The notes under the pieces were generated by a model. It did not search any database. It worked only from the letters and a program-made list of their open reading frames with translations, and had not been told where the DNA came from. From NCBI GenBank assembly GCA_963558405.1, contig CAUWGC010000005.1, positions 833-64,832 of the forward strand: 64,000 nucleotides of DNA, written 5' to 3'. Made by a program: the position numbers and the translations under genes. Of the stretch, positions 27,912 through 39,890 are shown one piece after another (within the stretch, counting starts at the first letter, position 1; each line of letters starts with the position of its first letter). The DNA comes from an uncultured Clostridia bacterium (GTDB lineage: Bacteria; Bacillota; Clostridia; TANB77; CAG-508).

Positions 27912-30104
27912 TTATTTCTTTCTTGTTACTTCGTAAACACTATCTACTTTTCTAAGTGCTTTTAGTAAATTATTTAATTTATCTACATTTTCTACTTCAA
28001 CAGTTAACTCTGTTGTAGCAATTCTTTCTTTATTTGCTTTTGAAGTTACTGCCATTAATTTTATTTTAGTATTGTTTACTGTTTGAATTATATCAGATAG
28101 CAATCCACCTCTATCATTAGCTAATACAACGATATCTACACTATATGCTACTTCTTTTTGTGTATACCAGTATACATCAATAATTCTATCTTCTTCTTTT
28201 AGTAATTCTTTTATATTAACACAATCTGTACGATGAACAGATACTCCTCTTCCTTTTGTAATATATCCTATAATCTCATCTCCTGGAACAGGGTTACAAC
28301 ATTTTGATAGTTTTACTAAACAATTGTCAATACCTTTAACAACAACACCTGCATTAGATGGTTTATTAATGTGTACTTTTTCTTTAGATAATTCCTCTAT
28401 TTTTTGTTCAATATCTGTTTCTTTGTTTTCTTTTCTATATTCTTCTAACATTCTAGTAATAACTTTTACAGGTGAAATACCACCAAATCCCACGCTTGCA
28501 TACATATCATCAATAGTTGCAAATTTATATCTATCTAAAGCTACTTGCAAATATTCTTGCTTAAATAATTCCTCATATGAAATACCTAGTTTTTTAATTT
28601 CTTTTTCAATAATTTCTTTTCCTTTTTCGATGTTTTCTTCACGTTGCTCTTTTTTAAACCATTGATTTATTCTTGTTTTAGCTGTACTACTTTTTACAAA
28701 TTTAAGCCAGTCTCTACTAGGTCCTTTAGAATTGTCAGATGTTAATATTTCTACAATATTACCATTTCTTAAAGGTGTAATAATAGGCATCATTTTACTA
28801 TTAATTTTGCACCCTACCATATGATTACCAATATCTGCATGAATCCTATATGCAAAATCTATTGGAGTTGCTCCTCTTGGAAGCACTATAATAGTTCCTT
28901 TTGGAGTAAACACATATACTTCATCTTCAAATAATTCAGTTTTTAATGTATTTAAAAACTCTTGAGGATTTTGCATATCTTTTTGCCACTCTAATGTTTC
29001 TCTAAGCCATGCCAATTTATCTTCTTCTACTTTTACATTTGACTTTTTATCCTTGCAGGCCTCTTTGTAAGCCCAGTGTGCAGCAATACCATATTCTGCA
29101 ATACGATGCATATCCCATGTACGAATTTGTACTTCAAAAGGTGTTCCTTTTGGTCCTAGCAATGTAGTATGTATAGATTGATACATATTTGGTTTTGGTA
29201 CTGCAATATAGTCCTTAAATCTTCCTGGCATTGGATTATATAATTCATGAACAATTCCTAAAGCAGCATAACAGTCTTTTACCGAATTTACAAGTATACG
29301 AAGAGCAAACAAATCATAAATTTGGTCTAATGTTTTATTATCCCTTTTCATTTTTCTGTATATACTATATAAATGCTTTGCTCTTCCTGTTACTTCAGCT
29401 TCTATACCTTGTTTTTTTAATTCATCACGTATTTCATCCATTATCATTTCTATAAAGCTTAATCGTTCTTCTCTCTTTTTATCAATTCCTTCTACTATTT
29501 CGTAATATTCTTCTGGATATAAATATCTAAATGATAAATCTTCTAATTCCCACTTTAGTGTATACATACCTAAGCGGTTTGCAAGAGGAGCATATAAATC
29601 TAATGTTTCTTTTGCATTTGCTATTTGTCTATCACGTGAAAGAAATTTTAAAGTTCTCATGTTGTGAAGTCTGTCAGCTAATTTAATAAGTATAACACGT
29701 ATGTCTTTACCCATTGCTAAAAACATTTTTCTATAATCTTCTACTTGTTGTTCCTCACGTGAAGTATATTGTAATTTACCAAGTTTAGTAACTCCATCTA
29801 CTAATTCGGCAATTTCTTCTCCAAATTCTTTTTTTAAATCTTCCATTGTTACACTTGTATCTTCTACTACATCATGTAGAAGTGCTGCACAAATTGTACT
29901 ATCATCTAATTCTATATCTGCTAAAATATATGCAACTTGAAGCGGATGGATTATGTATGGCTCACCTGATTTTCTACATTGATCACCATGATGACCTTTG
30001 GCAAATTGATAAGCATGCATAATAAGATCTGAATTAGAATTTTTATTAAATTTTTTCATACGATTAATAACATCTTCAATTACAACTTCTTTAACTTCTG
30101 ACAT
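27912..30104 (-). CDS. relA: Bifunctional (p)ppGpp synthetase/hydrolase Rel (RelA/SpoT family)
   Basis: HD domain (HPLQVAYIL...HDVVED), synthetase domain, TGS and ACT-like C-terminus; 730 aa. Confidence 0.9.
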   Translation of the reverse strand: MSEVKEVVIEDVINRMKKFNKNSNSDLIMHAYQFAKGHHGDQCRKSGEPYIIHPLQVAYILADIELDDSTICAALLHDVVEDTSVTMEDLKKEFGEEIAELVDGVTKLGKLQYTSREEQQVEDYRKMFLAMGKDIRVILIKLADRLHNMRTLKFLSRDRQIANAKETLDLYAPLANRLGMYTLKWELEDLSFRYLYPEEYYEIVEGIDKKREERLSFIEMIMDEIRDELKKQGIEAEVTGRAKHLYSIYRKMKRDNKTLDQIYDLFALRILVNSVKDCYAALGIVHELYNPMPGRFKDYIAVPKPNMYQSIHTTLLGPKGTPFEVQIRTWDMHRIAEYGIAAHWAYKEACKDKKSNVKVEEDKLAWLRETLEWQKDMQNPQEFLNTLKTELFEDEVYVFTPKGTIIVLPRGATPIDFAYRIHADIGNHMVGCKINSKMMPIITPLRNGNIVEILTSDNSKGPSRDWLKFVKSSTAKTRINQWFKKEQREENIEKGKEIIEKEIKKLGISYEELFKQEYLQVALDRYKFATIDDMYASVGFGGISPVKVITRMLEEYRKENKETDIEQKIEELSKEKVHINKPSNAGVVVKGIDNCLVKLSKCCNPVPGDEIIGYITKGRGVSVHRTDCVNIKELLKEEDRIIDVYWYTQKEVAYSVDIVVLANDRGGLLSDIIQTVNNTKIKLMAVTSKANKERIATTELTVEVENVDKLNNLLKALRKVDSVYEVTRKK

Positions 30105-30126
30105 ACTTTCACACTCCTTTACGTTT

Positions 30127-31821
30127 TTAGTATGTTTTTCTTATATCTTTAATATTTATTTGAATACTATCCATTCCATTAAATGAATTTATTTCTAAAG
30201 TTCCTGCAATATCTATTTTGTCGCCAATTAAATATTCTTCTGCTAAATATCCTAAATTAAATCCAATTGCATTTACAATTAAATGTTCATCTTTAAGTGT
30301 TAATTTTAAATGTTTTCCTTCAGATAAAGAGCGAATGGAATTAATTTTTAAATTTTTAAATATAAAAACTGGCATTTTATTTGCTTCGCCAAAAGGTTCA
30401 AGTAAACTTAATTCTTTTACTATATCTATAGATATATCTTTTAAATCAATTTGTTCATCAATATATATAATAGGTACTAGTTCCTCTAGTTTACTATTTC
30501 TTACTACTTCTTCAAATTCTTTTTTGAAATTCAAAAAATTTTCTTTTTTTAAAGTAACTCCAACAGCCATTTCATGTCCGCCATATTTTTCTAGGAAATT
30601 ACTACATTTTCCTAATGCCTCATGTAAATCAAAACCAGGTATACTTCTGCCTGAACCCTTGCCTATGTCATCTTCAAAACATATCAAAATACTTGGTTTA
30701 AAATATAAATCTGTGATTTTAGAAGATACTATTCCAATTACTCCATGATGCCACTTTTCGTCTCCTAATATAATACAAGGTTGATTTTTTTCATTTTCTA
30801 CCTTTGAAACAGCCTCTTCAAAAATTTGCTTTTCAATAGTTTGTCTTTCCTTATTATAGTTATTTAATTTTTCTGTTATTTCTTTTGCCTCTTGTTTATC
30901 ATTTGTTAAAAAAAGTTTTAATGCTTCTTGTTCATATCCCATTCTTCCACAAGCATTTATTCTTGGAGCAATTCCAAAAGAAATCATTGTAGAATCTATT
31001 TTGTTATATCCAGAAGCGGTTATTAATTCTTTTAATCCTATATTTTTTGTAACTTCTACTAATTTAAGACCTAACTTTGTAATAACTCTATTTTCATCAA
31101 CTAATGGTACGATATCTGAAATTGTTCCTACACATACAATATCCAAATATTTTAAATATTCTTTTTCATCTATTCCTAATTTTATTCCTATTGCTTGTAT
31201 TGTTTTAAATACAACACCTACACCAGCTAGTCCTCTAAAAGGATACTTGCTTGTTTGTATTTTAGGGTCTACAACTGCAATTGCATTAGGTAATATTTCT
31301 AAAGGTTCATGATGGTCTGTAATTACTGTTTCTATTCCTAAGCTATTTGCATATTCTACTTCTTCTGTACCAGAAATACCACAATCAACTGTTATCATTA
31401 AATTAAAACCTTGTTTTGCTATAGACAAAATGGCCTCTTTATTTAATCCATATCCTTCATCTAATCTATTTGGTATATATGAAGAAACAATAGCTCCTCT
31501 CTCTTCTAAAAATTTTTTAAGAACAGTAATACTTGTAATTCCATCTACATCATAATCGCCATAAATAATTATTTTTTCTTTTTTATCAATAGCTTTTAAA
31601 ATACGTTCAACAGCCTTATCCATATCTGGCATTAAAAAAGGGTCATGAAAATCACTTCTTGTAGGATTTAAAAATACTCGTATATTATCTTCTGTTTCTA
31701 GACCTCTATTTATTAAGATTTTAGAAAGTAATTTGCTAATTTTAAAATTATTAGATATTTTTTCTTGTAATTCTTTTTTATCTATTTTATTTTTACTACT
31801 TATTTCCCACTTTTTTATCAT
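30127..31821 (-). CDS. recJ: Single-stranded-DNA-specific exonuclease RecJ
   Basis: DHH motifs (IIYGDYDVDGITS, ITDHHE) and DHHA1 region; 564 aa. Confidence 0.9.
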   Translation of the reverse strand: MIKKWEISSKNKIDKKELQEKISNNFKISKLLSKILINRGLETEDNIRVFLNPTRSDFHDPFLMPDMDKAVERILKAIDKKEKIIIYGDYDVDGITSITVLKKFLEERGAIVSSYIPNRLDEGYGLNKEAILSIAKQGFNLMITVDCGISGTEEVEYANSLGIETVITDHHEPLEILPNAIAVVDPKIQTSKYPFRGLAGVGVVFKTIQAIGIKLGIDEKEYLKYLDIVCVGTISDIVPLVDENRVITKLGLKLVEVTKNIGLKELITASGYNKIDSTMISFGIAPRINACGRMGYEQEALKLFLTNDKQEAKEITEKLNNYNKERQTIEKQIFEEAVSKVENEKNQPCIILGDEKWHHGVIGIVSSKITDLYFKPSILICFEDDIGKGSGRSIPGFDLHEALGKCSNFLEKYGGHEMAVGVTLKKENFLNFKKEFEEVVRNSKLEELVPIIYIDEQIDLKDISIDIVKELSLLEPFGEANKMPVFIFKNLKINSIRSLSEGKHLKLTLKDEHLIVNAIGFNLGYLAEEYLIGDKIDIAGTLEINSFNGMDSIQINIKDIRKTY

Positions 31822-31935
31822 GCTTTTCTCCTAATATTCAATTTACCTATTATTATATAACAAATCGTCAAAATTTGAAATAGAAAATATGAAAGTTTTA
31901 TCAAATATTGTATTTTATGTAAATTTATATAAAAA

Positions 31936-31965
31936 AATCAACTCAGACTGAGTTGACTTATTAGA
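31936..31965 (-). terminator. Rho-independent terminator downstream of the 232-aa membrane protein gene
   Basis: TCAACTCAG-ac-TGAGTTGA perfect hairpin followed by TTTTTTTAT on the minus strand. Confidence 0.5.
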
Positions 31966-31975
31966 TTGTCTCATT

Positions 31976-32674
31976 TTATATTAATGTTCTTATAAAACAA
32001 ATTCCTGCTAAAATAATTACCTTAATCATACAATTATTAAATAGTTTATAAATTGTATATGGAATTCCTATTTTGTTTATTTGTTCATATGCTTCTTCTA
32101 ATTTATTTATATTTTCTTCTGAAGTTATTTTATTTTCTTTTAGATATTCTTTTGCAAGGTATTTTGCTTTTGTCATTGCGTCCATTTCTAAGTAACTTCT
32201 TACAAAATAATAGATAAATGATAGCAATGTAAAACATAAAATAGCAAATATTCCATTTTTTATTATTCCTGTTGCAAGAAGAATTGCTAAAACTAAAAAA
32301 CTTAGCAAATATACATTTGAATAAATAAAGTTAAACATTAGTATTTTTTTATCTTGTACAGAATGTAAACACTCATGCGCTATAGTTTGTATTCTTGCAA
32401 AAGTATTTTTTGAATTAGCAATTATGATTTTGTTTGTAATTGCAATATACAAACTAGATTGAGCCTGTTTATCCTCTTCTACTTTTACTCCTTGATTATT
32501 TAACTTTTTTAGTATTGTATTTGCAATTTCTTTATTTTCTGGAAATTGTTCTGTTAGTTTATTTAATTCATCCTTTTCTGCTAATGCCTTTATATCTTTT
32601 ACTTTTGTATATGATAGTATTCCTAATATACACATAATAGCAATGCAAAATAAAATAATAGCTAAATACTCCAT
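31976..32674 (-). CDS. Membrane protein with HExxH motif (putative zinc metallopeptidase)
   Basis: IAHECLHSVQD, flanked by TM helices. Confidence 0.45.
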   Translation of the reverse strand: MEYLAIILFCIAIMCILGILSYTKVKDIKALAEKDELNKLTEQFPENKEIANTILKKLNNQGVKVEEDKQAQSSLYIAITNKIIIANSKNTFARIQTIAHECLHSVQDKKILMFNFIYSNVYLLSFLVLAILLATGIIKNGIFAILCFTLLSFIYYFVRSYLEMDAMTKAKYLAKEYLKENKITSEENINKLEEAYEQINKIGIPYTIYKLFNNCMIKVIILAGICFIRTLI

Positions 32675-32686
32675 TTTCTCTCCTTT

Positions 32687-33022
32687 TTATTGTAAAACAT
32701 CTTTTACTGCTTCTCCAATTATCTTATTAACATCAGCAAGTAATACATTAAATCTTACTTCTAAATCAAAGTATTCTTTCATTTCTGGATTTTCTAGTAA
32801 CATTTTATATAACTCTTGCAATTTTTGTATTTTTTCTGAATCTTGTTCTCCTTTTTGAATTGCAAGTACTTGTGCTTCATAACGAATTTTTTCAAATTCT
32901 TCTATTTTTTGTTTTTTTTCTGGATCTTTATTTATGTTTTCTTTTACTTTTTTAAATTCTAAATATTCTGGTGCTTTCTTTAATTCTTCTGCCAATTTAT
33001 TTGCAGTATCATATACATTCAT
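32687..33022 (-). CDS. UPF0342 (YheA/YlbF-like) family protein
   Basis: 111 aa, MNVYDTANKLAEELKKAPEYLEFKKVKE...VLLADVNKII matches the YheA/YlbF pattern. Confidence 0.65.
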   Translation of the reverse strand: MNVYDTANKLAEELKKAPEYLEFKKVKENINKDPEKKQKIEEFEKIRYEAQVLAIQKGEQDSEKIQKLQELYKMLLENPEMKEYFDLEVRFNVLLADVNKIIGEAVKDVLQ

Positions 33023-33091
33023 TGTTTTTTCTCCTTTATATTAATTTTATTTTAAAAGAGGATTACTCCTTTCAAAGTAATCCCCTTTTAC

Positions 33092-34384
33092 TTATGCATA
33101 AGCATGACGTTTTTTGAAAGATAGTAGTTTTGTAATTTCGTTCTCATTGTTCTTTGCTTCTTTTGTTTTCTTAGCTTTTTCTTGTTCAATTTGTCTTGCT
33201 TGTCTTTCTGCCATTGTTTGACAGATTGCTTTTTGATAAATAAAATGTGTATCTTGAGCTATTTTATTCCAATTAAATTCTTCTCTTACTTTTGCTTTTG
33301 CTTTTTTTGAAACATTATCACATAATTTTTGGTCATAAAGAAGTGCTAATATTGAATCTGCAATAGAATTTGGATTTCCTGCATAGCATTTCATTCCATT
33401 TACTCCATGAGTAATAATTTCGTTTAATCCACCAGCATCTGATACTACTGTTGGTGTGCCAGAAAGCATTCCTTCTAATGCAACAATTCCAAATGGTTCA
33501 TATGTACTTGGAAATACCGCAACATCACTTGCTTTATACATTTTAGGTACTTGTTTTGAATTTAAATAACCTGTAAAATATACTTTATTTCCTAATCCCA
33601 TAGAATCAGCTTGTGCTCTTAATTCGTCTAACATTCCACCTTTACCTGCAATAACAAGTTTAGCATCATGATATCCATTTAATATTTTTGGCATTGCAGA
33701 AATTAAATGTTGAACACCTTTTTCGTAAACTAGTCTTCCCATAAATAATATTATCTTTTCATTATCCATAGCATATTGTCTACGAAAATCATAATCTCTT
33801 TCTATACCGTTAAAAGTAGTTAAATTTACTCCATTAGGTACTACACTTATTTTTTCAAAAGGAAGACCAAAAAGACGTTGAATATCACCCTTCATAAAAT
33901 TGCTATTTACAATTACTTCTGTTGCTTCATAAGTAAGCATCCATTCTGTATCGTTTATATATCTTTGAGTTTCATCATGTATGCCAGAATTTCTACCAGC
34001 TTCTGTTGCATGAATTGTAGCCACTATAGGAATATCAAATGCATTTTTTAAAGTTTTTGCTGCATATGCTACTAACCAATCATGTGCATGAATTACATCA
34101 AAATTTCCTTCCCTATTCATTATCTCTGTAGCTTTTGCTACTAAATTAAAGTTAAGTTGCATAATCCAATCTATAAAGTTATTTGGATTAATCATATAAT
34201 TATTTACACGATAAACCTTAACTCCTTTGTCGTTTTCGTACTCTGGTAAATCCCCTTCTTTATATGTTACAACTGTTACATCATGGCCATCTTTTATTAA
34301 TCTTTTAGATAAGTCATGCACAACTCTTGCAATTCCTCCTACAATTCTTGGTGGATATTCCCATGTTAGCATTAAAATTTTCAT
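33092..34384 (-). CDS. GT4-family glycosyltransferase
   Basis: N-terminal MKILMLTWEYPPRIVGGIARVV and C-terminal EPFGIVALEGM (E-x7-E-like) motif. Confidence 0.75.
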   Translation of the reverse strand: MKILMLTWEYPPRIVGGIARVVHDLSKRLIKDGHDVTVVTYKEGDLPEYENDKGVKVYRVNNYMINPNNFIDWIMQLNFNLVAKATEIMNREGNFDVIHAHDWLVAYAAKTLKNAFDIPIVATIHATEAGRNSGIHDETQRYINDTEWMLTYEATEVIVNSNFMKGDIQRLFGLPFEKISVVPNGVNLTTFNGIERDYDFRRQYAMDNEKIILFMGRLVYEKGVQHLISAMPKILNGYHDAKLVIAGKGGMLDELRAQADSMGLGNKVYFTGYLNSKQVPKMYKASDVAVFPSTYEPFGIVALEGMLSGTPTVVSDAGGLNEIITHGVNGMKCYAGNPNSIADSILALLYDQKLCDNVSKKAKAKVREEFNWNKIAQDTHFIYQKAICQTMAERQARQIEQEKAKKTKEAKNNENEITKLLSFKKRHAYA

Positions 34385-34889
34385 CGACTATTTACCCCTT
34401 TCTGGCATTTTCCTTTGTTTTTCTACATATTTTTTCTAGGTATATTGTATCGAATAATGTTAAAAAAGTAAATACGTTTTCGAAAAATATTATATTACTT
34501 TTATGTTACAAATTTCGATACTAATCATTACGGTTTTTACAACTACAAATATAGTTTTATTAACAATTAAATTTCATGCATTTTATTATTATATATTAAT
34601 AATCTTTTTGATAATTTCCATATCTTCAATTTTATTAACTCCAAAGCACTTTTTGCCTAAATCTTTTATAGATGCTCCCAAGTGGTACATTTCTTTATTA
34701 TCTATTACTATAAATCTATCATGAAATTTATTTGTTTTAGCGACTTTTAATATATTTTTTAAGGTGAAAATTTTGCACTTTAAAGAGATATATTCCTAAT
34801 TAGTTAGTTGAAAACAATAGTACTCTTGAAATCTTTCTATATTAGCAAAACAGCCTATAAACCATCACGGCTTATAAGCTGTTAGAATT

Positions 34890-34965
34890 TGGAGCTTTCG
34901 GCCGGAATCGAACCGGCGACCCCAGCCTTACCATGGCTGTGCTCTACCTACTGAGCTACGGAAGC
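34890..34965 (-). tRNA. tRNA-Thr (anticodon GGU)
   Basis: Minus-strand sequence GCTTCCGTAGCTCAGTAGGTAGAGCACAGCCATGGTAAGGCTGGGGTCGCCGGTTCGATTCCGGCCGAAAGCTCCA folds as a cloverleaf with GGT in the anticodon loop; CCA encoded. One C-A mismatch in the acceptor stem. Confidence 0.85.
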
Positions 34966-34999
34966 ATATAGATTACTTTAATTTTTAATTAAAGTAATT

Positions 35000-35644
35000 T
35001 TAAAGGTCTTCTTGTCCTATATTTTTTATTGCTTTTTTCCTTATTCTTTGTATTGCATTATCAATTGATTTTACAGGAGTATCTAAATCTTCTGCTATTT
35101 TTACATAGCTATCTCCTTGCATATATTTTTTTAATACTTGTTTTTCAAATCCACTAAGAGCTTTATCTATTGCTATTTCAACATTATTATAATACTCTTT
35201 TTTAGTAATCATGTCAAGAGGATCTTCTATAGTATTTGAATTAAAAGTATCTAACATTTGTGTATCATCGTCATCATCATATGCAGTAGCATTTAATGAT
35301 AAGTATGAATTTAATGGAATGTGCTTTTGTCTATTTGATGTTTTTATTGCAGTAATTAATTGTCTTTCTACACAAAGGTTTGCAAAAGTTTTAAAAGAGT
35401 TTTGTTTTTGAGCGTCAAAAGATTTAATGGCCTTAAATAAGCCAATCATTCCTTCTTGTATGATATCTTCTTTTTCTGCTCCTACAATAAAATATTTTCC
35501 TACTTTCATATGAACAAGTTCTTGGTATCTATTAAGTAAAAAATTTAAAGCTTGTTCATTTCCTCCCTTTATAAGAGAAATTAATTCTTCATCACTCATT
35601 ATGTTAAAGTTATTAGAAGAAAAGTAAACATTACTGTTATTCAT
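35000..35644 (-). CDS. sigH: RNA polymerase sporulation sigma factor SigH
   Basis: 214 aa sigma-70 family; region 2 (DIIQEGMIGLFKAIKSFD) and region 4 (SYVKIAEDLDTPVKSIDNAIQRIRKK) resemble Spo0H. Confidence 0.8.
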   Translation of the reverse strand: MNNSNVYFSSNNFNIMSDEELISLIKGGNEQALNFLLNRYQELVHMKVGKYFIVGAEKEDIIQEGMIGLFKAIKSFDAQKQNSFKTFANLCVERQLITAIKTSNRQKHIPLNSYLSLNATAYDDDDDTQMLDTFNSNTIEDPLDMITKKEYYNNVEIAIDKALSGFEKQVLKKYMQGDSYVKIAEDLDTPVKSIDNAIQRIRKKAIKNIGQEDL

Positions 35645-35729
35645 ATTAGATAGGTAACCTCCTGATGATTTTACTACGCCTATTATAATCCTATAAATCT
35701 AGTACTGTCAAGTGTTTTTAGCTATTTTA

Positions 35730-36041
35730 CTAATTTCTTTCATCAATTCCGGCAATAGCCCACTTTTCTATGCTAACTTCTATATTATTTGGATATAAAT
35801 TTACTAAAACCCTGCCATTTTCTTCTATTTTAGTAATCACTCCTGAAAGACCTGAATATGTGATTATTTTATCACCATTTTTTAAGTTATCTTGCATTTT
35901 ACTTAATTCTTTTTCTTGTTTTCTTTTTGGAATATAAGCAAAAGCAAATATTATAAGTATTAAAATAAATGTAACAATATAATTAATATATTCCATTTTT
36001 TCTCCATTCTTAAATATTAGTGAATCTATAAATAGATTCAC
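35730..36041 (-). CDS. yajC: Preprotein translocase subunit YajC
   Basis: 103 aa, single TM then KRKQEKELSKMQDNLKNGDKIITYSGLSGVI; near tgt/queA as expected. Confidence 0.8.
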   Translation of the reverse strand: MNLFIDSLIFKNGEKMEYINYIVTFILILIIFAFAYIPKRKQEKELSKMQDNLKNGDKIITYSGLSGVITKIEENGRVLVNLYPNNIEVSIEKWAIAGIDERN

Positions 36042-36059
36042 TAATATTTAATTTATATT

Positions 36060-37679
36060 TTATACTTGCTGATTAACTACGGTTTCATTTTGTAGTACAT
36101 TACTATTTGATGTTGTAGTGTTTTCTTTTTGATTATCTGTATTTTCTTGTGTAGTATTGTTAACTGCTACGTTATTTGTTACTTCGTTACCTACTACATT
36201 ATTTGCTACCTCGTTACTTACTGCGTTAGTTGTATTCTCTGTATTACCAGTTGTATTTGTTCCGTCTAGTGTATTCGTTTGTGTATTATTTATTGTATTT
36301 GTATTAGAATTTTCTTGTGCATTTTCGTTTTCTGAAAAATCCTTTGCTCCGTTTTCTTTTAAATAATTTGTAACATTCATAAGTTGTCCTTGATAACGCA
36401 TGTAGTATTCTGTTTTATTACCAGATGTTGTAGAATAAATTTCTTCTAATGCAGCTGGAATAATTATTTCTCCAAGTGAATTAACTAAGCCATATCTTTT
36501 TTGTTTTTCAATATCTTTTTCAAAAACAATTCCTTCATAATCTGGTATAACAAGCAGGTTATTTATACTCTTATCCTTTGTTGTACTAATAATATATCCA
36601 AGTCCATCTTGTTCTACTGGTAATAACACTTGTCCTTTTTTATCAAATAATCCATATTGTTTATCTTTTCGTACTGGAATACAGTTATCAAATAATAGTG
36701 AAGCATTTTTTATATCATCTTCTGGGAATAAACTTAAATCCACACCAATTTGGTCATATTCTAGCTGTATTACTGTTCTACCAGTTGCATCTATTACTCC
36801 ATATTTATTACCTATTCTAGCTGTATATAGTTTTAAATCTTGATCTAATGTTTTTAATTCATCATATGTTGGCGTGATTCTTGTAACACCTTCCATAGAC
36901 ATAATACCAACTTTTCCATCAGTTGTTGTTACAAAAAACTCTTTATTAGCTTCTGAATATTTAATACTATTAAAACGTACATTTATAATGGTAGAATTTG
37001 ATGTTATACTAATTACTCCCATTTTTCTATTTTCATTTTCTACTATTAACAAATTTTGTAACATTGCTTTTTGCTCATTTAATGTAGTTGCAACTGTGTA
37101 TCCTTGTGTTGTTAATGTTTGATTATAATAATTTACTAAGTATGGAATTGTATAAATAGTTACCTTATTGTTTTCTCTATTGTAATTAAATGAAATATTA
37201 AAGCCTATTCTTGCACCTTCCATATTTGTATACATTTTTCCGTTTTGTGAAATAACTGTTTTAGGAAGTTTTAAATATTCGTAATCTCCACCAGAATTAG
37301 TTAGATTTTTTTTATAAATATTACTAGAGTTTAAAGTAAATGCTGTTACTTCACTGGTAGATTCTACATAACATTCATTCTGACTTTGATTCATTTCTTT
37401 ATAACTACCTTGATTGTATTGATATCCTACATAACTTGCTAAATCATTAATAGAAACATATACATCATCATCTTGTACGATTATTGTATTTTGTGGTAAG
37501 CTAACTGAAACTCCATCAATTGAAACTTTAAGTTTTAATGATTGAAAATACGAAATAGCTATTAATAGCCCTACACATAAAATTACTAATAATACTATTA
37601 CAATAAGTATTGCCATAGCTATTCTTTTATTTTTTTGCTGTTCTCTTTTATTGTTTACTCCATTTTCAATTAAATTCAT
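36060..37679 (-). CDS. Membrane-anchored WG-repeat (KWG-like) protein with N/T-rich C-terminal tail
   Basis: N-terminal TM anchor; repeated blocks KYGVIDATGRTVI, QYGLFDKKGQVLLP, RYGLVNSLGEIIIP. Confidence 0.55.
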   Translation of the reverse strand: MNLIENGVNNKREQQKNKRIAMAILIVIVLLVILCVGLLIAISYFQSLKLKVSIDGVSVSLPQNTIIVQDDDVYVSINDLASYVGYQYNQGSYKEMNQSQNECYVESTSEVTAFTLNSSNIYKKNLTNSGGDYEYLKLPKTVISQNGKMYTNMEGARIGFNISFNYNRENNKVTIYTIPYLVNYYNQTLTTQGYTVATTLNEQKAMLQNLLIVENENRKMGVISITSNSTIINVRFNSIKYSEANKEFFVTTTDGKVGIMSMEGVTRITPTYDELKTLDQDLKLYTARIGNKYGVIDATGRTVIQLEYDQIGVDLSLFPEDDIKNASLLFDNCIPVRKDKQYGLFDKKGQVLLPVEQDGLGYIISTTKDKSINNLLVIPDYEGIVFEKDIEKQKRYGLVNSLGEIIIPAALEEIYSTTSGNKTEYYMRYQGQLMNVTNYLKENGAKDFSENENAQENSNTNTINNTQTNTLDGTNTTGNTENTTNAVSNEVANNVVGNEVTNNVAVNNTTQENTDNQKENTTTSNSNVLQNETVVNQQV

Positions 37680-37693
37680 AATTTTTTCCTCCC

Positions 37694-38833
<1,140 letters not shown>

Positions 38834-39871
38834 CTATTCAATAAACATTGCATCTCCAAAACTAAAAAAACGATATTTTTCATTTACTGCTTCTTTATAT
38901 GCTTTTAAAATATACTCTCTACCTGCTAATGCAGATACTAACATTAATAATGTAGACTCTGGTAAGTGGAAATTAGTAATTAATGCATCAATACATTTAA
39001 ATTTATATCCTGGATAAATATATATTCCAGTATCTCCTTCAATTTCTTTTACTAATCCATTTTCATCTGCCACTGATTCTAAAACTCTACAAGAAGTTGT
39101 ACCTACTGCAATAACTCGTCCACCTTCTTTTTTAGCTTTATTTATTTTTTCTGCATCTTCTTTTTTTATATAATAGTGTTCTGTATGCATTTCATGTTCT
39201 TCAACATTTTCTTCTTTTACTGGTCTAAATGTGCCTATTCCTACGTGTAAAGTAACATTTGCAATTTCAATTCCTTTTTCTTTAATCTTTTCTAATAATT
39301 CCTCTGTAAAGTGCAATCCTGCAGTTGGAGCTGCAGCAGAGCCATCATATTTTGCATATACAGTTTGATATCTATCTTTTTCTTTTAATCTTTCTTTAAT
39401 ATATGGTGGAAGTGGCATTAATCCAATTTTATCTAATATCTCATTAAAAATACCTGTATAATAAAATTCTACTTTTCTATTACCTCCTGGCATTTCTTCT
39501 AAAATTTTAGCTTTTAAAATTCCATCTCCAAATGAAACTTTAGTTCCAATTCTTAATCTTCTTCCTGGTCTTACCATTACTTCCCAAATATTATTTTCTA
39601 TTTGATTTAATAATAAAAATTCTACATTAGCACCTGTTTCTTCTTTTACACCGTATAATCTTGCTGGTATTACTTTTGTATTATTTCTTACTAAACAGTC
39701 TCCTGGTTTTAAATAATCTATAATATCTTTAAAAATTTTATGTTCTATTGTTTGTTCTTTTCTGTTTAAAATCATTAATCTTGATTCATCTCTTTTTTCT
39801 ATAGGAAACTGTGCTATTAATTCTTGTGGTAATTCATAATTAAAATCTGATACTTTCATTTTTTTCTTCAT
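38834..39871 (-). CDS. queA: S-adenosylmethionine:tRNA ribosyltransferase-isomerase
   Basis: 345 aa; [18 protein letters not shown]-terminus characteristic of QueA. Confidence 0.95.
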   Translation of the reverse strand: MKKKMKVSDFNYELPQELIAQFPIEKRDESRLMILNRKEQTIEHKIFKDIIDYLKPGDCLVRNNTKVIPARLYGVKEETGANVEFLLLNQIENNIWEVMVRPGRRLRIGTKVSFGDGILKAKILEEMPGGNRKVEFYYTGIFNEILDKIGLMPLPPYIKERLKEKDRYQTVYAKYDGSAAAPTAGLHFTEELLEKIKEKGIEIANVTLHVGIGTFRPVKEENVEEHEMHTEHYYIKKEDAEKINKAKKEGGRVIAVGTTSCRVLESVADENGLVKEIEGDTGIYIYPGYKFKCIDALITNFHLPESTLLMLVSALAGREYILKAYKEAVNEKYRFFSFGDAMFIE

Positions 39872-39890
39872 TCCTTTTATTAATTATATT

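Noticed and set aside
30218-30748. 176-aa plus-strand ORF
   Set aside because: Lies antisense inside recJ; Ser/Leu-rich spurious frame.
34971-34997. AT-only palindrome TTACTTTAATT-ttt-AATTAAAGTAA between sigH and tRNA-Thr
   Set aside because: A perfect inverted repeat, but AT-only with no flanking T-run on the transcribed strand. It may be a processing site or coincidence in AT-rich DNA; not called as a terminator.
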